Notes under the pieces: model-generated
The model's database searches: none
Told to the model about the DNA's origin: nothing
Seen by the model: the letters and a program-made list of their open reading frames with translations, nothing else
Position numbers and translations under genes: made by a program
In this document: positions 1-9,340 of the stretch, in pieces
Position numbering within the stretch: the first letter of the stretch is position 1
Layout: each line of letters begins with the position of its first letter
NCBI GenBank assembly: GCA_045807245.1
Contig: JBJMHS010000030.1
Location: 1-64,000, forward strand
DNA from: Actinomycetales bacterium
GTDB taxonomy: Bacteria > Actinomycetota > Actinomycetes > Actinomycetales > CAVURS01
Reading direction: 5' to 3'
Length of the DNA stretch: 64,000 nucleotides

Positions 1-946
1 AGGAGTCGCGGGTACGGCGGTCGGTCCCTGCGTCGGTGGTCTCCTCACCCAGGTCTTCGCCTGGCAGTCGATCTTCGTCGTGCAGATACCGTTCGCGCTG
101 CTCGCCGTTCCGGCCGCCCTGGTGACGCGTGCCCCTCACCCGCCGTTGCCGGAGCGACATCGCCCCGCCGTCGGACCGAACGTCACCTTGGCGCTGCTCT
201 CGGGCGCGCTGACTGCGGCGTTGTTCCTCGTGGTCCTCCTCCTCGTGGACGGCTGGCACCGCTCAGCCGCGACGGCCGCCGTGACCGTCTCCGTGGTCCC
301 GACAGCGGCCCTGCTGGCCAGGCCCATAGTGAGGCGAGTTCCGGCGCACCCGGGCGCAGTGACGGCGACCGGTTGCCTGCTGGTCGCGGGCGGCCTGGTC
401 GCACTCGCGCTGCCGCCCTCGTCGCACCTGGGGTGGACGATCGCGCCCCAGGCGCTCGTCGGGTTCGGACTCGGGCTCACCCTCGACCGGTTGGTCCTGG
501 ACGCCATGCGTGACCGTTCCCCACGAGCCCTGCATGGCGGTTGGACGATCGCCGCGCGGCACATCGGCGTCGTGCTCGGACTTGCGCTTCTGACCCCCGT
601 CTTCACCGCCGACCTCAAACACGCCCAGCTGCAGGCGGAGGAGGCCATCACCAGGCTCGTGCTCGATGCGCCGATACCAGGGCAGAGCAAGATCGCGGTC
701 GCCCACGGCTTGGCTGAGCAGCTGAATCGCGAGCAGGGCCAGATACCCGACCTGCACCGGGCCTTCTCGCGCGTGCAGCTCCGGACGGAGCAGCGTCCCG
801 TGGCGGCTCAGCTGGAACGCAACCTCGACGATCAGCTCGCGCGGGCGGCGAGCCGTGCGCTCCGGAACGCGTTCTTGGTGGGCGCCGGCCTGGCCCTGGC
901 CGCAGTGGCCTCGTCGATCCGCGTACGGCGGCGGGCTGCGCCATGA
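1..946 (+). CDS. MFS transporter, 5'-truncated by window edge
   Basis: Frame is open from position 2 and reads GVAGTAVGPCVGGLLTQVFAWQSIFVVQIP (MFS GPxxGG..W..IF motif). Multiple TM helices, with a large soluble loop before the last TM. Confidence 0.8.
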   Translation, partial: GVAGTAVGPCVGGLLTQVFAWQSIFVVQIPFALLAVPAALVTRAPHPPLPERHRPAVGPNVTLALLSGALTAALFLVVLLLVDGWHRSAATAAVTVSVVPTAALLARPIVRRVPAHPGAVTATGCLLVAGGLVALALPPSSHLGWTIAPQALVGFGLGLTLDRLVLDAMRDRSPRALHGGWTIAARHIGVVLGLALLTPVFTADLKHAQLQAEEAITRLVLDAPIPGQSKIAVAHGLAEQLNREQGQIPDLHRAFSRVQLRTEQRPVAAQLERNLDDQLARAASRALRNAFLVGAGLALAAVASSIRVRRRAAP

Positions 947-1563
947 CAACCGGCCTCCTCAATGTTCGAAGGGCCGCGCTGCCGGCCATCGGGGCGGCGC
1001 TCATCGGCGTGGTGCTCGCCGTTCAGCTCCTGGCCGGTGGTGGCGACTTCGTTCCTGTGGCAGCCGTCGACCCATGTTCGATCCGGTCGGCCGCCTCGGT
1101 GTCAACCGGGATAGACGGCCTGTCCGAACGCCTGGTGCTGCTCGGCCTCGACCGCGCCGCGTGTCGCCTTGGTGTCACCCGCGAGGCCCTGCTGCTGCAG
1201 GTTGCTCAGCAGCGCGCGGCCCCCGCTGCCCAGGTCGACGCTCTGCGCGCCGGCCTGAACGAGGCCGTCGACCTCATGAAGCAAAGCCGCACGCTGCCCC
1301 CCGCGTCCGAGCTGACCGACGAGGCGTTGGAGCGCTCGGACCTGAACGGGTTCCTGAAAGCCGCCATCCGCGCGCTGCCCGACTCGGTGATCAACCAGGC
1401 GGTCAAGACGGACGACGTGCTGCACCGAACCGTCGACAACCTCGACCTGCGGGCTCTGCTGAGCAACCTGAGCAACCCGGACGAGCTCACCCGGCAGATC
1501 CACAACGCCGTCACGGACGCCGTGAAACAGTCGCTCGAGGCTCGCTTGCGCGACCTGCTGTGA
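943..1563 (+). CDS. Hypothetical membrane-anchored protein
   Basis: ATGA overlap with the MFS stop. N-terminal hydrophobic helix, then a helical domain with two Cys (DPC, AAC). Confidence 0.75.
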   Translation: MTTGLLNVRRAALPAIGAALIGVVLAVQLLAGGGDFVPVAAVDPCSIRSAASVSTGIDGLSERLVLLGLDRAACRLGVTREALLLQVAQQRAAPAAQVDALRAGLNEAVDLMKQSRTLPPASELTDEALERSDLNGFLKAAIRALPDSVINQAVKTDDVLHRTVDNLDLRALLSNLSNPDELTRQIHNAVTDAVKQSLEARLRDLL

Positions 1564-1635
1564 CCGACCGCTACATCCCTCTTGCCCATGTGCACGCACC
1601 GTCACCGAGGATGTCCCAACAGCCCCGAGGACGAC

Positions 1636-1875
1636 TCAGGTCAGGCCGCGAAACGCGCTGCGAAGCGCGTCCCATGCCTCCGGGGACAGATCGCGTTCGC
1701 GCACTGCTCCGAGCTGGCTCAGGGTCAGTTGCATCTGCTCGACGTAGCGGTGGCACGGCGGGCAGTCGGCCAGGTGTTCCTCGAACAGCCGCCGCTGGTC
1801 GGTGTCGAGCCCGTCCTCCAGATACTGGGTGACCATCTCGACGATCTCGGTGCACGGGATGTCGATGCCGCTCAT
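1636..1875 (-). CDS. Zinc-binding anti-sigma factor (zf-HC2/ZAS), soluble, 79 aa
   Basis: MSGIDIPCTEIVEMVTQYLED...EEHLADCPPC gives C..HxxxCxxC. Start overlaps the sigma stop (ATGA). Confidence 0.9.
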   Translation of the reverse strand: MSGIDIPCTEIVEMVTQYLEDGLDTDQRRLFEEHLADCPPCHRYVEQMQLTLSQLGAVRERDLSPEAWDALRSAFRGLT

Positions 1876-2543
1876 CCGGCCTGCGCCTCCCCGCGGTAGT
1901 ACAGCTCGAGGCGTTCGCGCAAGGCGGCTCGCCCTCTGTGGAGCAGCACTCGGACGTTCCCCTCGCTGGTGCCTACGAGCTCCGCGACCTCGCCGCTGTC
2001 CAGGCCGTGCACGTCGCGCAGGGCGACGACCTGGGCCTGACGCTCCGGCAACTGCTGCATCGCCTCCACCAGCACCTCGCGCACCTCTCCGGTGAGCGCC
2101 CGGGCCTCGGGGCCCCAGTCGGACGGCTGTCCTTCCGGGGTCCAGTAGCCCGCCCACTCCTCACCCGCCGGGCGGAACCGGTGCGGATCCACAGTGCCCT
2201 CAGGCTCGCCGGTCGGCATCCCGGAAGGCTGGACGCGGCTCTCGCGCACGCCGGCCCGCTTGGCCTGGTTCGCACAGATCCGCAGTACCCAGGTCCGCAG
2301 CGTCGAGCGACCCTCGAATGCGTCCACGCCGCGTACGACCGCCAGCCAGGTCTCCTGCACGACCTCCTCGGCGGTGGCGATGGAGCCGACGTACCCCCGG
2401 GCGACGCGAAGCATCAGCGGCGACCATTCGGTGACGAGGGAGTGGAACGTGGACTCGTCGCGGTCGCGGAGCCGGGCGACGAGGAGCGCGTCGGTCGACT
2501 CGGCGGCGTCCTCGCCGGAGCGGACGGTTCCCCTGATGGCCAC
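1872..2543 (-). CDS. ECF-type RNA polymerase sigma-70 factor
   Basis: Region 2 AEEVVQETWLAVVRGVDAFEGRSTLRTWVLRI; region 4 LPERQAQVVALRDVHGLDSGEVAELVGTSEGNVRVLLHRGR. Confidence 0.93.
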   Translation of the reverse strand: MAIRGTVRSGEDAAESTDALLVARLRDRDESTFHSLVTEWSPLMLRVARGYVGSIATAEEVVQETWLAVVRGVDAFEGRSTLRTWVLRICANQAKRAGVRESRVQPSGMPTGEPEGTVDPHRFRPAGEEWAGYWTPEGQPSDWGPEARALTGEVREVLVEAMQQLPERQAQVVALRDVHGLDSGEVAELVGTSEGNVRVLLHRGRAALRERLELYYRGEAQAG

Positions 2544-3712
2544 CCGGGAACCGTAGCGGCCAGCGCCAGACCCACGGGCGGCAGGACGATGACGGACAGC
2601 AGACCGGCCAGTGCCAGGGCACCCGCCCGGTTCGACGTCAGGACGCCGGTGGACTCCCCTATCTCCCCGGCGATGAGCAGGAACGGCAAGGACGTGGCCA
2701 GCAGCAGGCCACTTGCCGCTGACGCACGTCGCCCCAGTCGCGGCCGGAAGGCCAGCGCCGCAGTCCCACGGACCATGAGCAGCAGGCCGAAGACCAGCGG
2801 GACCAGGACGAGCGCCGATGGATCGGTCACCACGTCACGCAGATCCAGCCTCAACCCGCTGGCGACGAAGAAGACTGGCACCAGGAACCCGAAACCGATC
2901 GCATCCAGCTTGACCGGGTACGCCGGGTGGCTCGCCTCGGGCTCGGGGTCGATGAGCCGGGTCAGACCGCCGGCCAGGAACGCACCGAGTACTGCCTCCA
3001 GTCCCAGTCTGGACGCGAGCAGCGCCAGGGCAGTGACCGCCAGCACGGTGAGGCGGATCCGAGCCTGGCCCCCACCCTCGGCCTGCGCCAGCACCGCCAT
3101 CGCGATCCGCGCTCGACGCGACGCCGCGCTGACCGCCCATGCGGCCGCACCACCCGCAGCGATGACGACGGCGAGCACCGCCAGGGCTGCGGCCGGACCA
3201 TGCGCGACGCTGAAGCCGATCGAGATCAACAAGACCGCCGCGACTTCGCCGAGGGCTGCGCCCGCGAGGGTGAGCCGGCCGACCGGCTGAGCGAGCAGGC
3301 CAGCGTCCCGCAACAGGGGTCCGACCAGCCCGACCGAGGTCGCCATGAGGGCAGAGGCGACGAGGAGGGCTGCCTTCACAGGCCATCCCACGGCCGTCAA
3401 GACACCAGCGGCCCCGCCCGCCAACACGAACGAGACGAGCAGACCGCTGGCAGCGACGCGGCCGTCCGGTCCGGCGAGTCCTCTGACATCCACCTCGAAG
3501 CCGGCGAGGAACAGCAGGAACGCCATGCCCAGGACGGCGACCGCAGACACCAGCTCGTCGACGTGGACCCATCCGAGACCCGTTGGCCCCAAAGCAATGC
3601 CGGCCAAGAGCTCCAACAAGGGACCCGGCAGCGGGAGGCGCGGCACCAGACCTCGTAGCAAGGGCACCACGGCTGCCACGGCCAGGACGACGACGAGAGC
3701 GGTCGAGCTCAT
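2414..3712 (-). CDS. Cation:proton antiporter (CPA2 / KefB-like)
   Basis: Motifs ELLAGIALGP, FLLFLAGFEVD, ATSVG, LGAFLAG and FLVPVFFVASGL. About 12 TMs. Low-complexity tail overlaps the sigma gene. Confidence 0.88.
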   Translation of the reverse strand: MSSTALVVVLAVAAVVPLLRGLVPRLPLPGPLLELLAGIALGPTGLGWVHVDELVSAVAVLGMAFLLFLAGFEVDVRGLAGPDGRVAASGLLVSFVLAGGAAGVLTAVGWPVKAALLVASALMATSVGLVGPLLRDAGLLAQPVGRLTLAGAALGEVAAVLLISIGFSVAHGPAAALAVLAVVIAAGGAAAWAVSAASRRARIAMAVLAQAEGGGQARIRLTVLAVTALALLASRLGLEAVLGAFLAGGLTRLIDPEPEASHPAYPVKLDAIGFGFLVPVFFVASGLRLDLRDVVTDPSALVLVPLVFGLLLMVRGTAALAFRPRLGRRASAASGLLLATSLPFLLIAGEIGESTGVLTSNRAGALALAGLLSVIVLPPVGLALAATVPGWPSGEPSAPARTPPSRPTRSSSPGSATATSPRSTPSSPNGRR

Positions 3713-3715
3713 CGC

Positions 3716-5692
3716 CTACACCAGCTCGCTGTCCTGGCGGATGTGCAGCAGGTAGGGCCCGTCGGCCGCGACCATCTCGGCCATGCCGTCCTCCAGCCCG
3801 GTGCGCGTGGCCACGGTGCGCCCGCGGGCACCGCAGAGCTCGGCGTATGCCGCGAAGTCCGGGTTGACCAGCGAAACCTGCCACTCCGGGAACTGGCCGG
3901 CGCGCTGCTCCTTGCCGATCTTCCCGAGCATCCCGTTGTCCAGGAGCACGTGCTTGATCGGGATGCCGTACTTCACGGCCGTCGTGACCTCTGCCAGGTA
4001 CTGGCCGAAGCCGCCATCGCCAGTGACCGCAATGACCGGCCGACTCGGGTCCGCCGCCCAGGCTCCCATCGCAGCCGGGTAGCCGAAGCCGATGGAGCCG
4101 AGGTAGCCGGACATCAGGACCGGCTGGCCCTTCGACTCGAGGTAGCGGCCGAACGAGTAGGCATGGTTGCCGACATCCACGGTGAAGACACAGTCGGCGG
4201 GTGCGTAGCGGCTCAAGGCATCGAAGACCGCCGCCGCAGAGAGCCCTTGGCCCCGGTCGTCGGCGACCCGGCGCGCCTTCTCCGCTCGCCAGATCGCTTG
4301 CCGGGCAGCGACATCCTGCCTCTGGTCGAGGGCGTTCGGCCGCCTGCCGACTGCTGCGTCGAGTGCCGCCAAAGCCATGGCCGCGTCAGCGAGCAGGGCC
4401 GCGTCGACCCGGTTGAAGCGCCCGACCGAGCCCGGGGAGTCGTCGATGCAGACCAGGCGCTTGTACGTCGCGATGCCGGTGTGGTTCGAGAACGACGCTC
4501 CGACGACGAGCACCAGGTCGGACTCGTTCATGAGCCAGCTCGCCACCGGAGTCCCGCTGCGCCCCAACACGCCGGCGGCCAACGGGTGGTCATCCGGCAG
4601 AAGGCCCTTGGCGCGGAACGTGGTCAGCACGGGAGCGCCGAGGCGCTCGGCCAGGGCCGTGAGCTCAGAGACGGCGCCGCGCGCACCGTTTCCGGCGACG
4701 ATCACCGGACGCCGCGCCGCGCGCACCAGGTCAGCAGCAGCGACCACCGCATCGTCCGCCGGAGGTGTCCGGCGCTGCGCCACCCGGCCGTCGGGACCTG
4801 CGGCCGGCGCAGAGTTCGGCAACACCTGCACCTCGTCGGGCAGCACCAGGTGGGCGACGCCACGACCGTCGAGGGCGTGCTTCAGCGCCGCAGCGACCAG
4901 TTCGGCGTGATCACTGGAGTGATGCAGGGTGGCGGTTGAGACCGAGACGTCACGGAACGCTGCGTTGAGGTCGAGATCCTGGAACGCGCCCTTGCCGAGG
5001 ACCGAGCTCGGCACCTGGCCGGACAACGCGATCACGGGGGCGCCGTCGACCTTCGCGTCGTACAGGCCGGTCAGCAGGTTCGTCGAGCCCGGGCCGGCGA
5101 TCGCGAGACAGGCAGCCGGCCGACCGGTCAGCTTGCCGTACGCACTCGCCGCAAACGCGGCGGCGCCCTCGTGCCGGATGCCGATGTATCGCAGGTCCCC
5201 GCGCTCCTCCGCCCGCCGCATGGCCTCCGCAACACCGAGGTTCGAATGCCCAACCATGCCGAAGACCTGCGTCACGCCCCAGGCGACCAGCGTCTCGACG
5301 ACGACATCCCCGACGGTACGGACGTGATCGGGCAGGTCAGGCAGCTCGACGTACGTGCCGTCGGCGCGCTCCTCGACCCGGTACGCCGGCGGCGCGTCGC
5401 TGAACCCTTCCGGCGGGATGCCGGTCGTGGGGTCGTAGTCGTAACCGTGCCAGGGGCAGCGCAGCCACCCGTTCTCGATCGACCCCTCCCCGAGCGGCCC
5501 GCCCTGGTGAGGGCATCGGTTCTCCAACGCACCCAAGGCACCGGCACAACGCGACAGGGCGACCGGACGTCCGTCCACGACCGCTGCCCTGACCCGGCCC
5601 TCGTCCGGCACGTCGGCCGTTCCGACCTTGTGCCAGGTGGTGGCCCGGTCGGTGGCTCGGTCCGCGGCCCGTTCCGTGGCCTCGGCCGTCAT
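3716..5692 (-). CDS. Rieske [2Fe-2S] domain fused to a TPP-dependent enzyme (pyruvate oxidase/acetolactate synthase family)
   Basis: N-terminal CPH...CPWH. IRHEGAAAFAASAYGKL, GPGSTN, and TPP motif GDGGFGQ...LLDN. Start ATG at 5692 overlaps the upstream stop. Confidence 0.9.
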   Translation of the reverse strand: MTAEATERAADRATDRATTWHKVGTADVPDEGRVRAAVVDGRPVALSRCAGALGALENRCPHQGGPLGEGSIENGWLRCPWHGYDYDPTTGIPPEGFSDAPPAYRVEERADGTYVELPDLPDHVRTVGDVVVETLVAWGVTQVFGMVGHSNLGVAEAMRRAEERGDLRYIGIRHEGAAAFAASAYGKLTGRPAACLAIAGPGSTNLLTGLYDAKVDGAPVIALSGQVPSSVLGKGAFQDLDLNAAFRDVSVSTATLHHSSDHAELVAAALKHALDGRGVAHLVLPDEVQVLPNSAPAAGPDGRVAQRRTPPADDAVVAAADLVRAARRPVIVAGNGARGAVSELTALAERLGAPVLTTFRAKGLLPDDHPLAAGVLGRSGTPVASWLMNESDLVLVVGASFSNHTGIATYKRLVCIDDSPGSVGRFNRVDAALLADAAMALAALDAAVGRRPNALDQRQDVAARQAIWRAEKARRVADDRGQGLSAAAVFDALSRYAPADCVFTVDVGNHAYSFGRYLESKGQPVLMSGYLGSIGFGYPAAMGAWAADPSRPVIAVTGDGGFGQYLAEVTTAVKYGIPIKHVLLDNGMLGKIGKEQRAGQFPEWQVSLVNPDFAAYAELCGARGRTVATRTGLEDGMAEMVAADGPYLLHIRQDSELV

Positions 5693-7341
5693 CGCATGCC
5701 TCCCACTCCGGCGTAGGAGATGCCCACGAGCTCGGCGACCTCGCGCCGCCAGGACGTCAGGTCGGTGCTGTGGAAATCCGACAGGCTGCGATGGCCGCAC
5801 GCTCGGGCGAGCACGGTCATCAGCTCGGTGGCCGACGTCAGGTACCGGGCCAGCTGGTCCGCGGCTCGCTCGACGGGAAGGCGGGCCCGCAGGTGCGGCT
5901 TCTGGGTCGCGATGCCCACCGGACAGTTGTCCGTGTGGCAGGCCCGCATCCCGACACAGCCGATCGCCTGTAGCGCGGTATTCGACACCGCAACCGCGTC
6001 AGCGCCCAGGGCCAACGCCTTGACCAGGTCAGCCGGACGACGCAGACCACCGGTTCCGACCAAGGTCACGTCACGACCCACGCCCCGCTCATCCATCCGT
6101 CGACGAGCGCGCGCCAGACCGGCCATCATCGGCACGCTGATGTTGTCGCGGAGGATCGTGGGCGCCGCGCCGGTCCCCCCGCCGCGGCCGTCGAGGATCA
6201 CATAGTCGACACCGAGGTCCAGTGCGACATCGAGATCGGCCTCGACGTGCTGCGCCGACATCTTCACGCCGATCGGCACCCCACCTGAGGCCGCGCGCAG
6301 ATGGTCGACCGCCTGTTGGGCCTCCGCCACACCCATCCACTCTGGGAAGCGCGACGGGCTGATCGCCGACTTTCCCTCGGGCAGGCCGCGGACTTCGGCG
6401 ATCCGGCCGACGACCTTGTTGCCCGGCAGGTGCCCGCCCGTCCCGGTCTTCGCTCCCTGACCGAGCTTGAGGTGGATCGCCTGCACCGTCGAGAGCAGCG
6501 CTTCGGTGTAGCCGAATCGGGCCGAGGCGACCTCGTAGAGGTAGCGCGAACACTCGGCGCGCTCCTCAGGCAGGATGCCGCCCTCACCGGAGCAGATCCC
6601 CGTACCGGCCAGCTCGGCCCCGCGACCGAGCGCAGTCTTGGCCTCTTGGGAGAGGGCTCCAAAGCTCATGTCGGACACAAACATCGGGATCTGCAGCCGC
6701 AGCGGCTTGGCCGCTCTGGGTCCGATGACAACCTCCGTCGCCACGGTCTCGTCGTCCAAGAGGGGCAGCCGGGCCAGCTGAGCCGTGAGGATCTGCAGAT
6801 CTTCCCATTGCGGCAGATCGGTGCGCGGCACTCCCATGGCGGCGACGGGCCCGTGGTGACCGGTCTTGGACAAGCCGGCTCCGGCGAGCCGATGGATCTC
6901 GGCGACGTACGGCTCCTCCGCGGTCACCTGATGCGGGTCGGACCATAGCCGGTCGTACGGCTGAGCCGCCCGCCCTGACAGCCCGCGCTCACGAGCGAAC
7001 GCGTCCAGCTCGCCGACGTCCAGCAGGATGCGGTCGCCATCGATGCGGCTACGGAACTTGTGGATCCGCTGGCTGGGTTCGTAGGCACTGATCCCACTGT
7101 CGACCCTGAAGTCCCAACCGTGTACGCCGCACACGAGGTCGTCCCCGACCACAGACCCGTCGGCCAGCAGGGCACCCCGGTGTGGACATCGCCCCTCGAA
7201 CACCGAGACGTCCGCGCCGCGACGGACCAGGACGATGTCGAGCGGACCGACGGTCTCGCCGATCGGCGTGTCCTCGGGCAGGTCGAGCACCGTCGTTGTT
7301 AAGGCCCGCTCGGTCTCGGCCGCCTGGTCGATCGCGGTCAT
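5689..7341 (-). CDS. Rieske domain fused to FMN-binding glutamate-synthase-family domain
   Basis: CPH...CGVH Rieske motif. SDMSFGALS, SGEGG, KLGQGAKTGTGGHLPGNKV, DGRGGGTGAAP, and 3Fe-4S motif CVGMRACHTDNCPVGIATQ. No amidotransferase domain. Confidence 0.9.
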   Translation of the reverse strand: MTAIDQAAETERALTTTVLDLPEDTPIGETVGPLDIVLVRRGADVSVFEGRCPHRGALLADGSVVGDDLVCGVHGWDFRVDSGISAYEPSQRIHKFRSRIDGDRILLDVGELDAFARERGLSGRAAQPYDRLWSDPHQVTAEEPYVAEIHRLAGAGLSKTGHHGPVAAMGVPRTDLPQWEDLQILTAQLARLPLLDDETVATEVVIGPRAAKPLRLQIPMFVSDMSFGALSQEAKTALGRGAELAGTGICSGEGGILPEERAECSRYLYEVASARFGYTEALLSTVQAIHLKLGQGAKTGTGGHLPGNKVVGRIAEVRGLPEGKSAISPSRFPEWMGVAEAQQAVDHLRAASGGVPIGVKMSAQHVEADLDVALDLGVDYVILDGRGGGTGAAPTILRDNISVPMMAGLARARRRMDERGVGRDVTLVGTGGLRRPADLVKALALGADAVAVSNTALQAIGCVGMRACHTDNCPVGIATQKPHLRARLPVERAADQLARYLTSATELMTVLARACGHRSLSDFHSTDLTSWRREVAELVGISYAGVGGMR

Positions 7342-7417
7342 CTGTAACGCCTCCGGGTGGTCGCGGCACTCACGTGATGTCTCGGCTCAGTGCTGCGAGC
7401 CCAGGCCTTCGTTACAG
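7342..7417. promoter_or_regulatory. Pair of oppositely oriented ECF-sigma-type promoters (TGTAAC-N16-RGCACT)
   Basis: Plus strand: TGTAAC 7343-7348 and GGCACT 7365-7370. Minus strand: TGTAAC at 7411-7416 and AGCACT at 7389-7394. Both read CTGTAACG-N11-TCGC(G/A)GCACT. Confidence 0.65.
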
Positions 7418-7452
7418 CCGGCCGATCCGGGCCGCATCGCGAGAGGATCCCC

Positions 7453-8073
7453 ATGGATGCGCTGACGTCGACCCGCCGACTGCTGCACGGGGTCGCGGAG
7501 GGCCTGCTGGCCGGGCCGCAGCATCGCTCCTGCGGCCGGATCGCCCTGCGCGTCGTGCCGGGTGGTTTCGCGACCGTGGGCCGTCCGGCTCTGCGGCTCG
7601 ACGGCACCGACCTGGTCATCGACGAGGGGCGGCGCGTGCCGTTGAACGGAACGCTCGGCGATGTGGGAGCGGCGACCGGCCACGGGTACGGCGAACCGGT
7701 GGACGTGTATCACCAGCACAGCGGGACCAGCGCCGACGACTCCCTCGAGCTCGATGCCGACGCACGTGGCGTCATCGTCGACTGGTACGTGCTGGGTGAC
7801 GCCGCCCTGCGGGCGCTCGCCCCGAACGAGGTACCGACTCTCTGGCCAGAACACTTCGACGTTGCGATCCTGTTGCAGGACAGGTCTTTCGGGGTTTCCG
7901 CAGGTGACGACTACAGCCCACAGCCGTACGCCTACGTGTCCGACAACGTGTTGCCCCGGGACGACTTCTGGAACGCGCCGTTCGGGGCCTGCCGACCGGC
8001 GGAACAGCTCAGCGGCGTGGCCGACCTGGTGGCCTTCTGGTCGGCCGGTCTGGACCGGATCTCGTCGACGTGA
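7453..8073 (+). CDS. Conserved hypothetical protein, DUF5996-like
   Basis: RBS gagagg precedes ATG 7453. Motif LWPEHFDVAI...FGVSAGDDYSPQPYAYV resembles the DUF5996 C-terminal region (from memory). Confidence 0.65.
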   Translation: MDALTSTRRLLHGVAEGLLAGPQHRSCGRIALRVVPGGFATVGRPALRLDGTDLVIDEGRRVPLNGTLGDVGAATGHGYGEPVDVYHQHSGTSADDSLELDADARGVIVDWYVLGDAALRALAPNEVPTLWPEHFDVAILLQDRSFGVSAGDDYSPQPYAYVSDNVLPRDDFWNAPFGACRPAEQLSGVADLVAFWSAGLDRISST

Positions 8074-8152
8074 TCCAGCTGAACGTCGACAGGCGCAGGG
8101 GCGAAAGGGGGTGAAGGATAGAGGAGACAGACGCTCCCGACCCATCTTGACG

Positions 8153-9340
8153 ATGACCATCGACACGAAGAGCCGAACTCGATCACAGCCCCTCCGTCTC
8201 GCAATCCTCACCTTGTGCTTCTCGGCCATGCTGCTGAGCGCGAACCTGGCGACACCGTTGTACGCCGTGTGGGCCAAGCAGTTCGGCTTCTCCACTGCGG
8301 TCCTGGCACTGATCTTCGGTGTCTACGCCCTCGTGCTCATCCCGTCCCTCATGCTGTTCGGCCAGCTGTCGGACCGCCTAGGGCGGCGGATCGTCATCGC
8401 GATCGGCCTCGGTCTTGCGGCCCTCGCATCGACGATGTTCGCCCTGGCGAACGGCGTTGCCTGGCTCTTCGCGGCTCGCGCGACCCTGGGCGTCGCCCAG
8501 GGCACGCTGTCCGGCGCCGCAACGGCGGCCCTGGCCGAGACCGTGCCCGACGGCGAAGCCCGTGAGGCGGCTCTGCTGGCAACTCTCGCGCAGTCCGGCG
8601 GCTCGGCCGCGGGGGTCGTGCTGAGCGGCTTACTCGCCGAATGGCTCGCGCCGAGAGCCCTTCCGTTCATCGTCGGCATCGTCGTCTGCGCACTGACCGT
8701 CGCAGCGTTGCGGTACGTGCCGGAGACGACGCGACGCCACCCCGGACCCCTGACCATCCGGCGGCCCCGAGTGCCGCGGAACGTGCGCGCCGGCTTCCTG
8801 CGCACCGGCCTGACTGCGGCGGCCGTGTGGTCGGTTGCGGCGCTGTTCCTGTCCGTCATGCCGTCGTACGCCGGTCAGCTCGTGCTCCACACCGACAACC
8901 TGGCGCTGCTCGCACTCACCGCAGCTCTGATCCTCATCGCCTCCTGCGTGACGCAGCTCGCGGCCCGACATTCGGGGCACGCGGCCGAGTCACAGGCCGT
9001 CGGCCTCTCACTGCTCGCGCTCGGTCTGCTCGGACTCGTTCTCTCCTCGCCGTTGCACAGTCCTGTCCTCTTGGTGCTGGGCGGCGTCCTGGCGGGCGTC
9101 GGGCATGGTCTCGCCTCGCTGGCTGCCCAAGACGACCTCACCCGGCTCGCACCGCCGGAGCAACGCGGTGAGGTCAGTGCCGCGTTCTACGTCTGCATCT
9201 ACCTCGGTGTGTCCGTGCCGGTCATCGGCATCGGCGCGCTCGCCGTCGCGACCACACTGTTCACGGCCGTCACGACCTTCGCCGTCGTCACGGGCGGCTA
9301 CGCCCTCGCCCTGGCGGCGTGGCACTGGCGCCGCCGTTAG
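8153..9340 (+). CDS. MFS transporter
   Basis: TPLYAVW, motif A GQLSDRLGRR, PPEQRGEVSAAFY. About 12 TMs. Confidence 0.9.
   Translation: MTIDTKSRTRSQPLRLAILTLCFSAMLLSANLATPLYAVWAKQFGFSTAVLALIFGVYALVLIPSLMLFGQLSDRLGRRIVIAIGLGLAALASTMFALANGVAWLFAARATLGVAQGTLSGAATAALAETVPDGEAREAALLATLAQSGGSAAGVVLSGLLAEWLAPRALPFIVGIVVCALTVAALRYVPETTRRHPGPLTIRRPRVPRNVRAGFLRTGLTAAAVWSVAALFLSVMPSYAGQLVLHTDNLALLALTAALILIASCVTQLAARHSGHAAESQAVGLSLLALGLLGLVLSSPLHSPVLLVLGGVLAGVGHGLASLAAQDDLTRLAPPEQRGEVSAAFYVCIYLGVSVPVIGIGALAVATTLFTAVTTFAVVTGGYALALAAWHWRRR

Noticed and set aside
5689..7341. Calling this gene gltB (true glutamate synthase)
   Set aside because: It lacks the glutamine amidotransferase and GXGXG domains, and no gltD is nearby.
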